DNA from: Eledone cirrhosa
Taxonomy: Eukaryota
NCBI GenBank assembly: GCA_964016885.1
Contig: OZ024755.1
Coordinates: 1,054,001 to 1,118,000, forward strand
DNA: 64,000 nucleotides
Reading direction: 5' to 3'
Below, one piece after another: positions 14,574 through 28,000 of the stretch. How positions within the stretch are numbered: position 1 is the first letter of the stretch; every line of letters starts with the position of its first letter. The notes under the pieces were generated by a model. It was not told the origin of the DNA, made no database searches, and saw only the letters and a list, made by a program, of their open reading frames with translations. The position numbers and the translations under genes were made by a program.

Positions 14574-16132
14574 GGTTAAAAATGTTAAATATATTTTTTT
14601 AATAAAACCTTTTCATAACACATGGAAGTATTGTTTTACTTATTATATTATAGCTATATTATTTTGTGCATCTTAGGGCCAGGGTTAGTTATATAACCAT
14701 GGGAGCACTCCTTCATACCTGTAATTAGCCAGTGTGAATTGGTAGGTCTACCACCAGTATAGATAAACTGAGAACAACATGTTGAGATTTCACTCAGCAG
14801 TGAATCAACAATGGCTACATGGAATGGAATCAAACCTATGGTTTTTTATTATGTCAATTAAATATACATGTATCTATAAGAAATCTAATTTCCTTTTGTT
14901 ATAAGGAATAATTAAAAATAAGTATTGATTTGGTCTGTGATGACTAATTACACTCCAGCCCTTGCTAGTAAAGACGATGGACATTAAATAATGATGATCA
15001 TTATCATTTAACGACCACTTTCCCTGCGAACAAGGGTTGGACAGGTCTACATGAACCAAGTCAGTACTGAAGTGGGGCTACTCACCTACAGCCCGAAGTG
15101 TCTGCATCTTGCTTATGTATGTATTTATTCCTGATGTAGGATGAAAATTATAGAGAAGCTTTAAATGTATTTTTTGTTGCAGTATTTTACTTGAATTATG
15201 GTGAAAGTTAATCCTGTAAATGTATTTAGGTCATTGCTACTCCACTGAAGACCCATTCTTCTATATAAAGAATCTACTGAAGTGGTTTAACAAGTCTGAA
15301 GGTGGATTTGAACTCAGAACTATAAGATAACAAACCAGTTATCAGCTTTAATGTGTTGCTGTTACAATGTTGAACTGTACCTCTGTGAATGTAGATATTG
15401 GAAGAGAAGAATCTGTCATAGATACAACACAGGAGAGGTTTTGTTTCTGATGAGCAATTTATGTAATGTGAGAAACACAAGCAAAGACAGCCTTACAGAA
15501 GTAAAGTCACCCTTTTGGTACCATATTTCTAATGAAAGACACTACCTATTATTTTCAAATAATTTTGAAAATTATCAAGAATTTGTATTTAGTAATATAA
15601 CTTTCTCAAAAGAAAAAAAAATAATAATCCAAATCCAGGCCCTTTTCACTTCTGTTGGAGGAATCCCTCCCTAGTTGAGGTCATACTCGGCCATTACTAA
15701 GCTGGTCTTTGAAACATAACAATGGTTCTTACATGAAATTATGATGGAAGGTTTTTAAGATAAATATCAACATTTTAAAATAAATAACTTTGTATTGTAG
15801 AACCAGAGACAGTTTCGGGTGGTTTAGCATCAAAAGAACTCTTGATAGCAACCCACCCAGGAACAAAACCACCCATTTTAAAGGGTTTGAATTAAAACCT
15901 TCCAACATAATTTTAAATAAGAACCTTTTAAACTATGTAACAAACACCATCTCAATAATGAAATTATAATTTTAATATGGTAATGAAACGGTTAAACAAT
16001 AAAGCAACAGAACTCCGAAATGATTTGAGTAAATTGTTTCTAATGGATGAGAAAAATATACAAATGGTTGGCTATTTTACAACAAATATGAATAAAGTTT
16101 TATCAAAATTAGTTTCTTTTAATAGTCTTCGA

Positions 16133-17157
16133 TTACTGACTGTGATGGGAAATTTGTTCTTTGATCTCGTGCAGATTACTTAGAACTTGGTCTAGTTTCT
16201 TGTCATCCATTTCAAAATGTAAAACTTTAGCCTGAAAATAAATTAAAAATTAAATGTAAGATTTTAATCGATTCACACAAATATTCACAGAATATCATTG
16301 AGGTAACTTGTTAGTGTCTGCACCTCTGACATATTCGACCAAATAAATATACACTAAATCTATACAACCAAAACATCTCAAGGTATTTACAGGCAATGGT
16401 TGGACATGTAGTGAGGTTTCATTTATATCTTATTCAGACATCACATAATGAGTGTGTGGTGTCCCTTAAACATAAGGAGATAGTGTGACAGAAATGTTGG
16501 ACATCATTGTGTGGTCACTAAACCTGCTGGAATTCAAGTAACCAAATCTCCTTCACACCATAATCTAAATAGTAGAGTTAACACAAAACACTGAGATATA
16601 TAATAAACTCATGTATATGTTGCGTCTTTTTATGTAGAGAGAAGAGAAACAGTGATAATATATTAACTAACCTTTTTATTTTCATCATCTGTGCTTTGTA
16701 AATTGTCAGAAACCATTAATTCTACAATGGCTGTAGGTTTATCAATTTGTTCAATATGCCTCGCTTGAGATTTTATATCAATTCTCCAAGACATCTGTTT
16801 CAAAGAGCTGTTCCATTGTGTTTGTTGGACCTGGATGTCATGGATTTTATTCCGCTGGTTCTTCCAGAACTTACGCACAGCATTAGCTCTTTCTTCATTC
16901 ATTCCACTATCAGCTTTTTTGATTTGTGACGTCAAGAAAACTTCCAGTTGATTGAAATCCATATCAACAGCTACCATACTCTTAAGAAAATGAACAGAAA
17001 TAAATGAATGACAGAATTATATATTTGTTAGATGATAAACTTGATTATGTTACAAAATAATCTCAGAAAGAATTGTAGTTTTGTTTTGTATTTCTTTCTT
17101 CAACTTATTGTAAAAACTCATGTCTATGGTGTGTCTGTTTACCCCGCTAATCATTGT

Positions 17158-17188
<31 letters not shown>

Positions 17189-18216
17189 AGGACTCATTAG
17201 TCATGTAGAGGACTTGACAACTTCACTAGTGCTGATGCCATGACAAAATGCACCCAGTACACTCTGTCAAGTGGTTGATTGTGGGAAGAGCATCCAGCCA
17301 TAGAAACCATGTCAAAAATGGAACATACAAGCAACACATGATCCTCTAACCTGTCTGAAGCGACAGTATCTTCTAATAAGGACCCAGACCGTAACGGCTC
17401 GTCAAACCCGTGCCAGCATTAAAAAATAGACGTAAAAATAACGATGATGAAGTGGAACCATATCAAATTTTCTTTGTTTTGTTACAATCCGAAAGAAAAT
17501 ATTCATTGACAGTATCGATAAGAGATGGTATCAGTCATGATATTTACTGCCATTATTTAAAATATATACCGAGAATCACAGAGGATGCAGCAGAAATAGT
17601 CGTGTATGTAACAACGATTGTCTAATACATATATCAATGAAAACAGTCTTCAACAATTTGTGAGTTTTATGATACTTGATTGCACCACAACTCAACCCAA
17701 GATCACAAATTACAAAATAATAATTATTATAAATGGTAGTACTTCTACTAAGAATATTTATTAAACTGGTTATTCCGCAATTTGTCTATGATTTCTACAG
17801 AAATTATTGATTGGGGAATTAGAAGTCATGTTTTTGTTGAAAATGTACGAAATAATATCGTTTATTTAACAAAAGAAATAATAATAACAAAATAATATGT
17901 GACACCAGAAAGTCACACTACAAATAAAATTTATATTCTTGAATTTATAAATCAGGGTTTTAAGAAATTCTAACAACCATTTAGTTAAAGGAGCCGAGCC
18001 ATCAGCTGATTTGAAGGGGTGTGTCATAAAAACTGTGTATATATTTACCTTTATAAGAGCTGTGCATTTTGAAACAAGGTGTTCAAATTCTTCATCTGAA
18101 AGTTTCGGGTATATTTGTTCTTTTAGCACTTCATTACTTAATTCTTTTTCACCAAAATAGTTTCTTCTTGCCAAACCATTCAAGAGTGCAGTATAACAAC
18201 GACGGGAGTCGGCCAT
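16133..18216 (-). CDS. COMMD1: COMM domain-containing protein 1, about 191 aa
   Basis: Exons 18216-18049, 16980-16672 and 16231-16133, all phase 0. Sequence includes ALLNGLA...ADMDFNQLE-like segment (VDMDFNQLEVFL), KFWK, and the COMM domain SWRIDIKSQARHIEQID.P.AIVEL...HFEMD. Confidence 0.93.
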
Positions 18217-18303
18217 CTTGTACCATTTACTGATTACCTCCCCTGTCTAAACTGAATATTCGGAACTATTACAGGAACACTTCTGATGATATATTCTTAG
18301 ATA

Positions 18304-18490
18304 TACGAGGGTCGGTTGAAAAGTTCATAGGCTGACCAAGATACCCTCATGGAATGACATAATGAGGTTTATTTTTCAATATAGTCCCTGGAAAAGAAAC
18401 AGTGCAGTTATTAATTAATAAGAAAAATTGAAATTAATGCATGCAAGATTTCATAGCTCTAGCATCACTCCTTCGTAGTCAGACTATAAT
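18304..18490. mobile_element. Mariner-type non-autonomous element (MITE), copy 1
   Basis: Starts TA-CGAGGGTCGGTTGAAAAGTTCATAGGCTGAC, a mariner-like TIR, and ends gtcagactataa, a partial reverse complement. It is colinear with 36707-36890. Confidence 0.7.
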
Positions 18491-18728
18491 TTACATAAAA
18501 ATAATTAAGCAGTATGTTTAATAAAAACAAAACCCAATATTAAAGGGAACAAGAAGGGAAGAAAAAAAAACAGGAAAAGAAAAGAAGAAAAATAAAAAAA
18601 GGATCAGACAATGAATGGAAGGGGGGGGTATAGAATTTTACAATAAAAACAAAAGAAAAATATGAGAAAACAATGAAAAACAAAAATTACAAAGTAATTT
18701 AAACAAAAGTTGAAAAAAATACTGCTTT

Positions 18729-18820
18729 CGCCCACAGGGGGACTCGAACCCACGACCCTCAGATTCCTTCACGGAAAGAGTCTTAAAAGTCTGATGCTCT
18801 ACCGACTGAGCTATGCGGGC
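18729..18820 (-). tRNA. tRNA-Lys(UUU) with a 19-nt intron (18765-18783) at the canonical 37/38 position
   Basis: The minus strand reads GCCCGCA TA GCTC AGTCGGTA GAGC A TCAGA CT TTT A [AGACTCTTTCCGTGAAGGA] A TCTGA GGGTC GTGGG TTCGAGT CCCCC TGTGGGC G. The mature length is 73 nt with intact A and B boxes and one T-stem mismatch. A T7 Pol III terminator lies about 10 nt downstream (plus-strand A run 18713-18719). Confidence 0.9.
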
Positions 18821-21800
18821 GCAGCTGAAAGATGGTCTTCTTTTAGTATATTTAAATCATAATTATTAACTATGTTCAAAAGAAATGTATTTATATTTTT
18901 TACGTATAATAGAAATAATTTAATTTCGAATGTAATTTATATTTAGAAAATATCTTATGATTTTATACGTTAAATGCCGCTGGTGTTATTTTCGCATTTT
19001 GTCTATCTATGGCAGTAGCTTAAATTATTAATATATATTGTTATATTAATATATATGTTATATATATGGTTATTATGAGCGATATTGATCCAGTTTTTTT
19101 TTATTATTTAAATTTTTATATTTAATATTCCTAATTAGAGGTATTCGCAGTAATTTATGTATCAAGTTAGTTCTGGTGTATAAAATGTAACCGTAATTTT
19201 AAAGTTAAATCACAAAATCTGTAATGGAAATGTGTTGTCGTTTTTGTTTATAACCGTTATATAATATAAACCAAATATATATTTAAAATATATATATATT
19301 TAAAAAATAGGAAAATAAAAAAAGAGAAAATGTAACAAAGATCGCTAGAGTTATCCCCTAATAATTTTTAAGAGCAGCCAATACATCGCGGATGGCAGCT
19401 AGATTAAAGTGTTGTTGATGTAAAGTATCGTTTTATGACTGTTTCCATAATGACCTTAGAGATTGTTTAAAGTATATTTACATTTAACATAACCTAGAGC
19501 AATATTATTATCAAATAGTAAAGAGTTATTAGTTGAAATAGGTTTAGGATCTGCGGTGAGGACTGATGGAGTTGTGGTAGAGGTCGGTGAATTCAGGGAA
19601 TGCGTTCGTTGAAAGGATTCTTTGGTTCGGATATTGAATTGTTCTATATAGTCACAGGTGTTCAAGGGCGGGACTTTCACCTGCTGAGGCCATAAATTAT
19701 ATAAAATCTGAAGCCCTTCTCTAAAAAATATTATTATTTTATATATTAAAGTTAATGATAAATATATATATGTATATATGTGTATGTGTGTATGAAGGGC
19801 GGTGGAACTCCTTCTATCCATCACTATCAAACTCTCCCCCTCTCTATATCTACTACACAGAACTCTCTTTCATTCTCCCTCTCTATATCAATTAACACCA
19901 AACTCTCCCTCTCTCTTCCAGTACCCCTCTCTATATTCTGAAATATTATTCAGAATTCATTGCTTTTTTTTAGCGCCTTACTATATCGATTCTGTAAATC
20001 GCTAATTATTTGTTGTAAATAAATCTATTCAATAAAATCTCGGGCCTTCTCACCAATTAGGAACCCCTCTCTGGTTGATCTCCACCGCTTTCTGTTTGGG
20101 GTGTCGTGTACTCACCACGTTTGACCAACTGTGGTTTAGTAAGACTATTTAACTTATAGTCGGGAAATAAATATATATCCATTAAAACAACAAAAAAAAA
20201 AACAATGGTTTTTGATTATAGCTTTTATTTAATGAAAAATAAACTAAAAACCAGGGAATATCAGCTCCAGTTATTTTAGTTTGAAACATGAGATATGTCT
20301 GTTTCTATACGGCAGATACTACACGTAATATGCAATTGACTAGAGAAGTGAACAGTCAAGCACCAACAGGTACATAATTAGTTTTAACTTATTAAACTGA
20401 GTTATATAATCACAGTTATCTCCCTTGAGCAGCGATCTCGTAAACCTGTTTTTTCTGGTTGTTTATTATCTAAATTACCGAGAAAAACTGGCTTTTCTCG
20501 GGATTATTTACACAGAAAAATATAATTAATAATATCTAGGATTAAACAAGAATTTACACTTCAACGTAATTTTTCCTCGCAGCAAATAAGAAAGGATATT
20601 TTAAAAATCTAATGCAACAGGTAACACATCTGTCATTTATTTCGCTTATCGTTGCAGATTATCTTTTTTATAGGACAGTGTCAACTTAGTAACTGGGTAT
20701 TATTGACAATACAGCTCTTGATAACAATATATTAATATCTAGTCGTATTTACCGGGTTTATTTCGCGTGCCCCGCTCATACATATACACTCACAGGAGCA
20801 CCCTAACTCTATCGAATTGATCCCTACACGAACGAGCCCTAACTAGAATTCTATCCATAACTGACCGTAATCTTAACCCTAAATCTAGTGGGTTTATTAC
20901 GCAATGATTCTGGTGAATCTAACGTAATATTTCGTTTTTTTTCGAGCTCTATTTTACACATAAACTTGCATTTACACATACACACACACAGATGTACATT
21001 TACGTGTACGTAAATGCACATACGCACATACACTCACACATGTACGTGTGTGTAGTGTACTTGAAGGAGGGGGTAAAATGAGCTAAGAACACCCACCCCA
21101 CAAAAAACTAGCTAGAAGTAAAGGGATGTAAAACTAGGCTGTAAAGTATGGTGCCTGACGCTCTACCGATTATTGTCAATGCACCACCTTTTTCAAACTA
21201 TAATAATAGTTTCTAGTTTAGGCACAAACACAGCAATTTTCAGAAGAGGGGAAAGTCGATTAAATCGACCCAGTGTATTACTGGTACTTTATTTTGTTGA
21301 CCCCGTAAAGATAATGGCAAAGCTAACCTCTCTGGTATTTGAACCCAGAATGTAAAGGGCCGAAGCTCTATACAGCCGAACATGTTGTCCGTCGCTCTAC
21401 CGATTATTGTCAACCCACTGGCCTCTCATTATAACTATTAATAATAAGAATAATAAACAAGTTAATGTTTGCCAATGTGAGAACACTCCTTATCTACTGA
21501 GGTAATCCTATTGAATTGTATTCTTATCTCACCAATCAATAAACTTTATATCTTGTAGTCAAGTTACAGTTCACATCTCGTTAATTTGCTGGCTATTTAG
21601 TACTTAATTAGAAATACTTAAGTAGTGGTGGTGGTGGGAGAGGCAAGTATTAGTTGATGGCTAATGTTATTTTAATTGCTGAGCTAATGTTGTCTTTTCT
21701 TATTCTGCTTCCTCCACCCTCATTCACCTCTCCACCTTCCCCCTCATCATCACTATCACCATCATCACTATTACCATCATCACCACCACCATCATGAGAT

Positions 21801-22030
21801 GGTTTCAAACCTCTTGTGGGAGATCTCTACTAGAAAGCTCAGATACCAAGATACCTTAGCAAGAGACTGGAATTGACAAGGAAGACCTACGAACCTTGAG
21901 GGGAAACAGTGTTGACATGAAGTTGTACTTGTCTCATCTAAGGGTGAAAGATAAGGATTACCATTTATATCCTATATAAATTTATTAACATAGTTGTTTC
22001 TATCATCTATACAGGTAACTGAATTACAGT

Positions 22031-25000
22031 ATGTACAAGAATGAGTACCAGGTACGTATTGAATTTATTGATATTAAAATTTAATCTCTTTGAAAATATA
22101 TTGATGATGACCCCAATAATGTTGCTGTTTTTATATATTATAATTAAACTAATTATTTATATATTATAATTAATATATTTATTTTCTAGGGTGGCTCTTT
22201 CTTTGAAATTTTCTCCTCCCAAGGCAAAGATGCTACAACAAACTGGAAACTTGTGGGTAGTTCTGGGATCAGGAAGGTGAGTAATCTCTTGTATGTTGTT
22301 GTTGTTGAACCCAGGTCAGCTCTAACTGACCTAGGAGCAAAGCATTCCAGCCATGAACTTCCTGTCTTTCTCTAGGGGATTGCACATCAAGGACTTCATT
22401 GTATAATGTGTCTCTTCCTTTTCAAAATGATATGGTGTAATTCAAGGGGGGTTGATTTGGGCTGTTATTTCTAAAAGTCTGGGAGTCCTATGATAGGAAC
22501 GAGGTCCCTATCATTAAAATACCTCAAAGATCTCCCATAAGATGCAAACCTCATATGACCAACTAAGCATCTCTCATATTTTTATCGACTGTTAATTTTT
22601 GGGGTTAAACTCACTAGGGAAAATATGTGAGTTTTAACATCTGGAGGTTGGTTGTTTCAACCTAATTGATCCTTAGCAGACTGATTGGATCAATAACAGT
22701 CTTGTTTACATATATATCACACCAATTACCCTACAACTCCATCAGAAATTGAGGAGTTAAGCAAGCAAATATAAAATTATGATAAAATGTTTTAATTTAA
22801 ATATAAACATTTTTAAATGAGAAATTGTATAAAAGACTCCAACTAAATATTTAATTTTATTTAGTTCTTACTCTAAATCTTGTAATAAGTTTGCTATAAA
22901 ATGGGTTAAATGAAATCTATAATGTACAATATATTCATTATGACATATTTTTAGATTTATGAAAAAGAAGTGAAAGGGTTTGTTTACAACCTGGAAGGAA
23001 GCACCAGTACCACAAAAATGATATTACCAAAGGATTCTCGTCAATCATGTGAGGAAAACTTAGGTTCCTTTATTTTGGTTTTGATTAAAATCTAATTTTT
23101 AACTAATTTTCAATATTTTCTCTGAATTACAATATCTATCTTCATTTAATTATTGGGATGATGCAAAATTAACGAGCGGGAGTAATTAAATCAATCAATG
23201 ACAATTTACTTGCAAGCTAGAAAAAATACAAATTACTTCTTGAATTAATTATAAACCAATTAGTTAAAATGTAAAATATCGACTAATCATAGTCACACAT
23301 GGCTGAGCTATCAATACCAATTTATGGAGATATAAAGATTTGAATACCCATCTAACCCACCTAACCTAAGAAATTCTGTAGAAAAACAAACATTTTAGTT
23401 AAGGAATTAAATTGTTATTTTGTTATTTTCAGTGGTTTTGATCCAGCAGTTCCTAATATTCCAGTTATATCTGGGTAGAGGCCAAGACTTCTCACTTGAA
23501 CTTGGGTAAGAATTACAGACTTATATCCAATATTTTGTGGTGGTGGCGATGATGATGGTGATTAATATTGTTTTAATTAATTTGGTAATTGTTTAAATCT
23601 ATAGATTTCCTTCCCTGTTCTCTTTACCAGTTTAATTGATCTTGGGAACAACAAGCGAAGAATATTGTTGTCTACTGCTCAAAGGGAGATTCAGTGTACA
23701 CCTCTTCATGCCAAGGTACCATTGTTGAAAATCAAGAGAGGTTTGGTAGGTAGAAATTACTTGAAATCATTAATTATTGGTGATTTTGACCAAATCTATG
23801 TCTTGTTTTTTTATTTGCTAAGTTGACCTTTGCTCTCTGTTCAAATCCCTCCGCAGTCAACTTTACCTTTCATCCATTCAAGGTCGATAAAAAAAGTACT
23901 AGTCAAGTCCTCTCTCTCACTTACTATCCTACTCTGGAAGAAATCTTCTGTATTCAGACCTGGAGAGGAGGTGGGTTCCGCCAGGTTTAAAAATTGCTGT
24001 ATGTCACTATGGCACCCTTACTACTCTATCAAGAGCTATAACACCATACCATACATAAGATGTCTGTGTGTAGAAACACCTACCTGGATGGTGTCCCATT
24101 TAAAGTCAATCATATATTCACCTCCTCATTCTTAAGTTTTATTAAGTTTGTTGTTTGTTTTTATATTTCTCATAACAATAAATTGTTCTTATGGTTCTGT
24201 TTCAGTGGATTAACCTCTGTGTTGATTTAGTCTCTGCAGTAAATGATCTTTGGAAAAACCAGACATTTAAAGCTGTTGATAACATATCTGTCTCTGCCTC
24301 TTGTCGTCTTCGCCGTATTTTTACTATGAAGTTACCACCTTATGAGACACCTGATGAGAATGGTTTGTATGTTTGTCTGTTTTCAACTGTTTTTACACCT
24401 TCATTCAAGTCCTTTCCTCTTGGTTCCTGGATGTTACCATAGTTCAGTTTAACACACACACACACACAGACAGACATACACAGACAAACACATAAACAGA
24501 GACATACACAACACAAACATACATTAATCAGTCAATAGGTCCTTCTTCTTACACAGATTCCCTTCACCCTCTGTCACCCTTTAATTCTACTGTAGGCCTC
24601 TCTTCTTACACAGATTCTTTTCACCCTCTGTCACCCTTTAATTCTACTGTAGGCCCCTCTTCTTACACAGATTCTTTTCACCCTCTGTCACCCTTCAATT
24701 CTATTGTACATCATATTCAGCAGGTCAGAGGTATTACAGTTTATGTCATCACAAATCTGTGACATAGGGTCTTAGCTTGTCATCCTCTGCTAACTCTGCC
24801 TTATGTAGACTCCCACAAAGGAACTTCACTAACAATATAAACCCTTATATTCTACTTAAACAGATGATGTTGGTAATTATCAGCTGGAATTTGATTATAT
24901 CCCCAAACAATGTCAGTTTGTAAATGATGTTCAGAATTCTACTCAAGTAAGATTATTTTCTTCTTAATCAATATTATTTTTCTTTATTTTTCACTTTTTA

Positions 25001-28000
25001 ATTCTAGAATAAATAATAATGTCTCAAGAAATAACATTTTTGTTATTTTAAATTTAACTTCTTCAGTTCCATACTTTTCACTTTATATATAAATGTTGTC
25101 TTGAAAATTGATTTTTCATTGAAAAAGAGTAAATAAATTGTTAAAAATTAAAGAAATTGTATGATTACGTAATTTTGTTTATTAAATTACAGTTTTAAGG
25201 GTCTTCACTTTATTTTATAAGCTATAGCAGCTCCCCACATGAGCACACCATTCTTTATATTAACAGTTTTAACATGTCTTTCTTTCTAGATTATCAACAT
25301 AAGAAAAATCCAACATGGGGAAAAATTATATAATGTTGAAAATGGAAATATTTCTTGGGAAGCATCAGGCAATAGAAATGAATTTCACCATTCCTCATCA
25401 TATACAGGTGATGTACTTCTTTCTCTGGATTACTGCATTGGCACATCATCATCATTGTTTCATGTGGAAAATGGATGTTACATGATGATGATGCTGTACA
25501 GTCATAACTTGGTCTTAGACTTAGAAGCTCCTCCCATGTCTTGAGACGCGTGAGGTAGCCAAAGTGTTCCAATGACCACGGTCAGTTGAAGTTATCAATA
25601 CATCGTTCCAACTTTTGTTGATGTGTTTCAGGTCTTTGCCCCTCTTGATAATATGAAAAAGAATATAAAATGAATGCCATGATGTAATCACATTAAAAGT
25701 CAATATTTTGATTTTCTCTTCTTTATCCAGATTTAAAGTCAAAGAAACTCATTGCTTTTGGTTCTAAAGCTTCTCTTCCAATCCAACGGAAAAGTTCCAA
25801 AGAGGTTTGTAAATTATTGTTTCGTATTTTCAAAGGGTTTCATCATTATCATCATTTTACGTCCGCTTTTCCCTGCTTGCAAGGGTGGGACGGGAACTGA
25901 TTCTGGCTTGATTTCTACAGCTGGATGCCCTTCCTAACACCAACCTCATTTACAGTGAGTGCTGGGTGCTTTTTTGCCGTGGCACCTCCACGACCACTTT
26001 GCAGTGGAATGATATGAACCCCAGTCCCTATCATCTCATTTCTACAGCTGAGTAAACTGGAGCAATGTGAAATAAAGTGTCTTGCTCACGGAAACAACAC
26101 ATAACCCGGTCTGAGAATTGAACTCATAACCTTTTGATTGCAAGGCCAATGCTCTAACCAATAAGCCATGTGCCTCCATTTACTTTTAAAAATTAATTTT
26201 CTAAATCCTTGCCATTCTATACATTTGTCGTTTTCATACCACGATAAAAAGCACCCAGTCCACTCTGTAAAGTAGTCATGTTAGTGACATGATAAAAAGC
26301 ACCCAGTCCACCCTGTAAAGTAGTCACGTTAGTGACACGACAAAAAGCACCCAGTCCACTCTGTAAAGTGGTTGCATTGGTGCCACAATAAAAGCACCCA
26401 GTCCACCCTGTAAAGTAGTCATGTCAGTGACACGACAAAAAGCACCCAGTCCATTCTGTAAAATGGTTGCTTTGGTGCCACAATAAAAGCACCCAGTGCA
26501 CCCTGTAAAGTAGTCATGTCAGTGACACGACAAAAAGCACCCAGTCCACTCTGTAAAATGGTTGCTTTGGTGCCACAATAAAAGCACCCAGTCCACACAT
26601 TAAATGTGGTTGACATTAAGAAGAGCGTCTAATCATAGAAACTGAGCCAGAAACAGTTCTATGAGTAAGACATGATCATCCGATCTGACTTGTCTGACAA
26701 TAGGACATCACGTCTAACCCATGCTAGTGTGGAATAATGGATGTTAAACGGTTATGACGACAATGATGATAATTTCTTCAGTTGCATCTAGGACAACCTA
26801 ATTATACATGAGATTAAAATTACATTATAAACAATATTTCTTCAATTTAATTTTCTTTTTTGTCTGTTTTTTTTTTAAATATTTATTTAATAGGGTTTAT
26901 CTGTGGAGAAACATGTCCAGTCTACTCCAACCAAAACTGGTGAGTTATTGTTTTATGTTAACATTCATAGTCAACACATGTTTGTAATACGGCCTTTTAC
27001 ATTCTGAGTTTAAATCCTGAAGAGGTTAGCTTTGCCTTTCATCCTTACTGGGTTGATAAAATAAAGTACCAGTAATGCACTGGGGTTGATTTAATCGACT
27101 TTCTCCTCCACCCAAAATTGTTGGCCTTGTGAATATTTAAACAAAAACGTTTCTTCGGGTCATTTTATATATTTTGAAAATATATTTTATATATATTTAT
27201 TTTCATCAGGTACTCCTATGCTTTTTAAGCCACATCCACCACGGGAACCATCTACAGAGAAGAATCGAAGAAAAATCCGTGTTAAGAGTACAAGTTCGGA
27301 CAGACAGTCGAATAGTGCCAGTTCAGATGGAACAACAAATAACATTGTCTCCGAAGAACTTGTGTTAAGTATAAATAACTCTGACTTCTCTAATCTCTCT
27401 CAGACTGGAGCAGTTTCTTCTAGACGGAAGAATTCTGTGAAAGATCAAAATCTCCAGAAGTCTGCGAGAGACACAAAAGGAATTAATAGAAACAGTAAAA
27501 GTACCGAGTTACATCATGGCAACAAAACAAAAGAAGGTCGAAAGAAGAGTACACAACAAGAAAGAAGTCCTTTAAGTCAGCGGGAAGGCAGGAACAATGG
27601 CAGCCATGTTAATAATTCAAATTATAATTCAACAAAATTGAAGAGAAATATTGATAACAGACGACTGGAGAAATATGAAAATGAGTTTATTTCAAGAGAA
27701 AAACAAGTTGAATGTGACGAACCTGATATTCAGTTACCACGGAAACCAGGTGGGAGAAGTTTTGTTCTTTCTCACCTGTATAATTTAATATTGTGTTGTC
27801 ATCATGATCATTATCATCATCATCATTGCTACCATCATCAGCATTATCATTATCACCACCACAACCAGCATCACCATATAAACTAGATACACATTTACAG
27901 AGTCTAACCCATGCTAGCGTGGAAGATAGACGTTAAACGATGATGATGATGATACTTCTATTAAGTTTGATCTTCTTCCAGTTATATTGATATATATATA

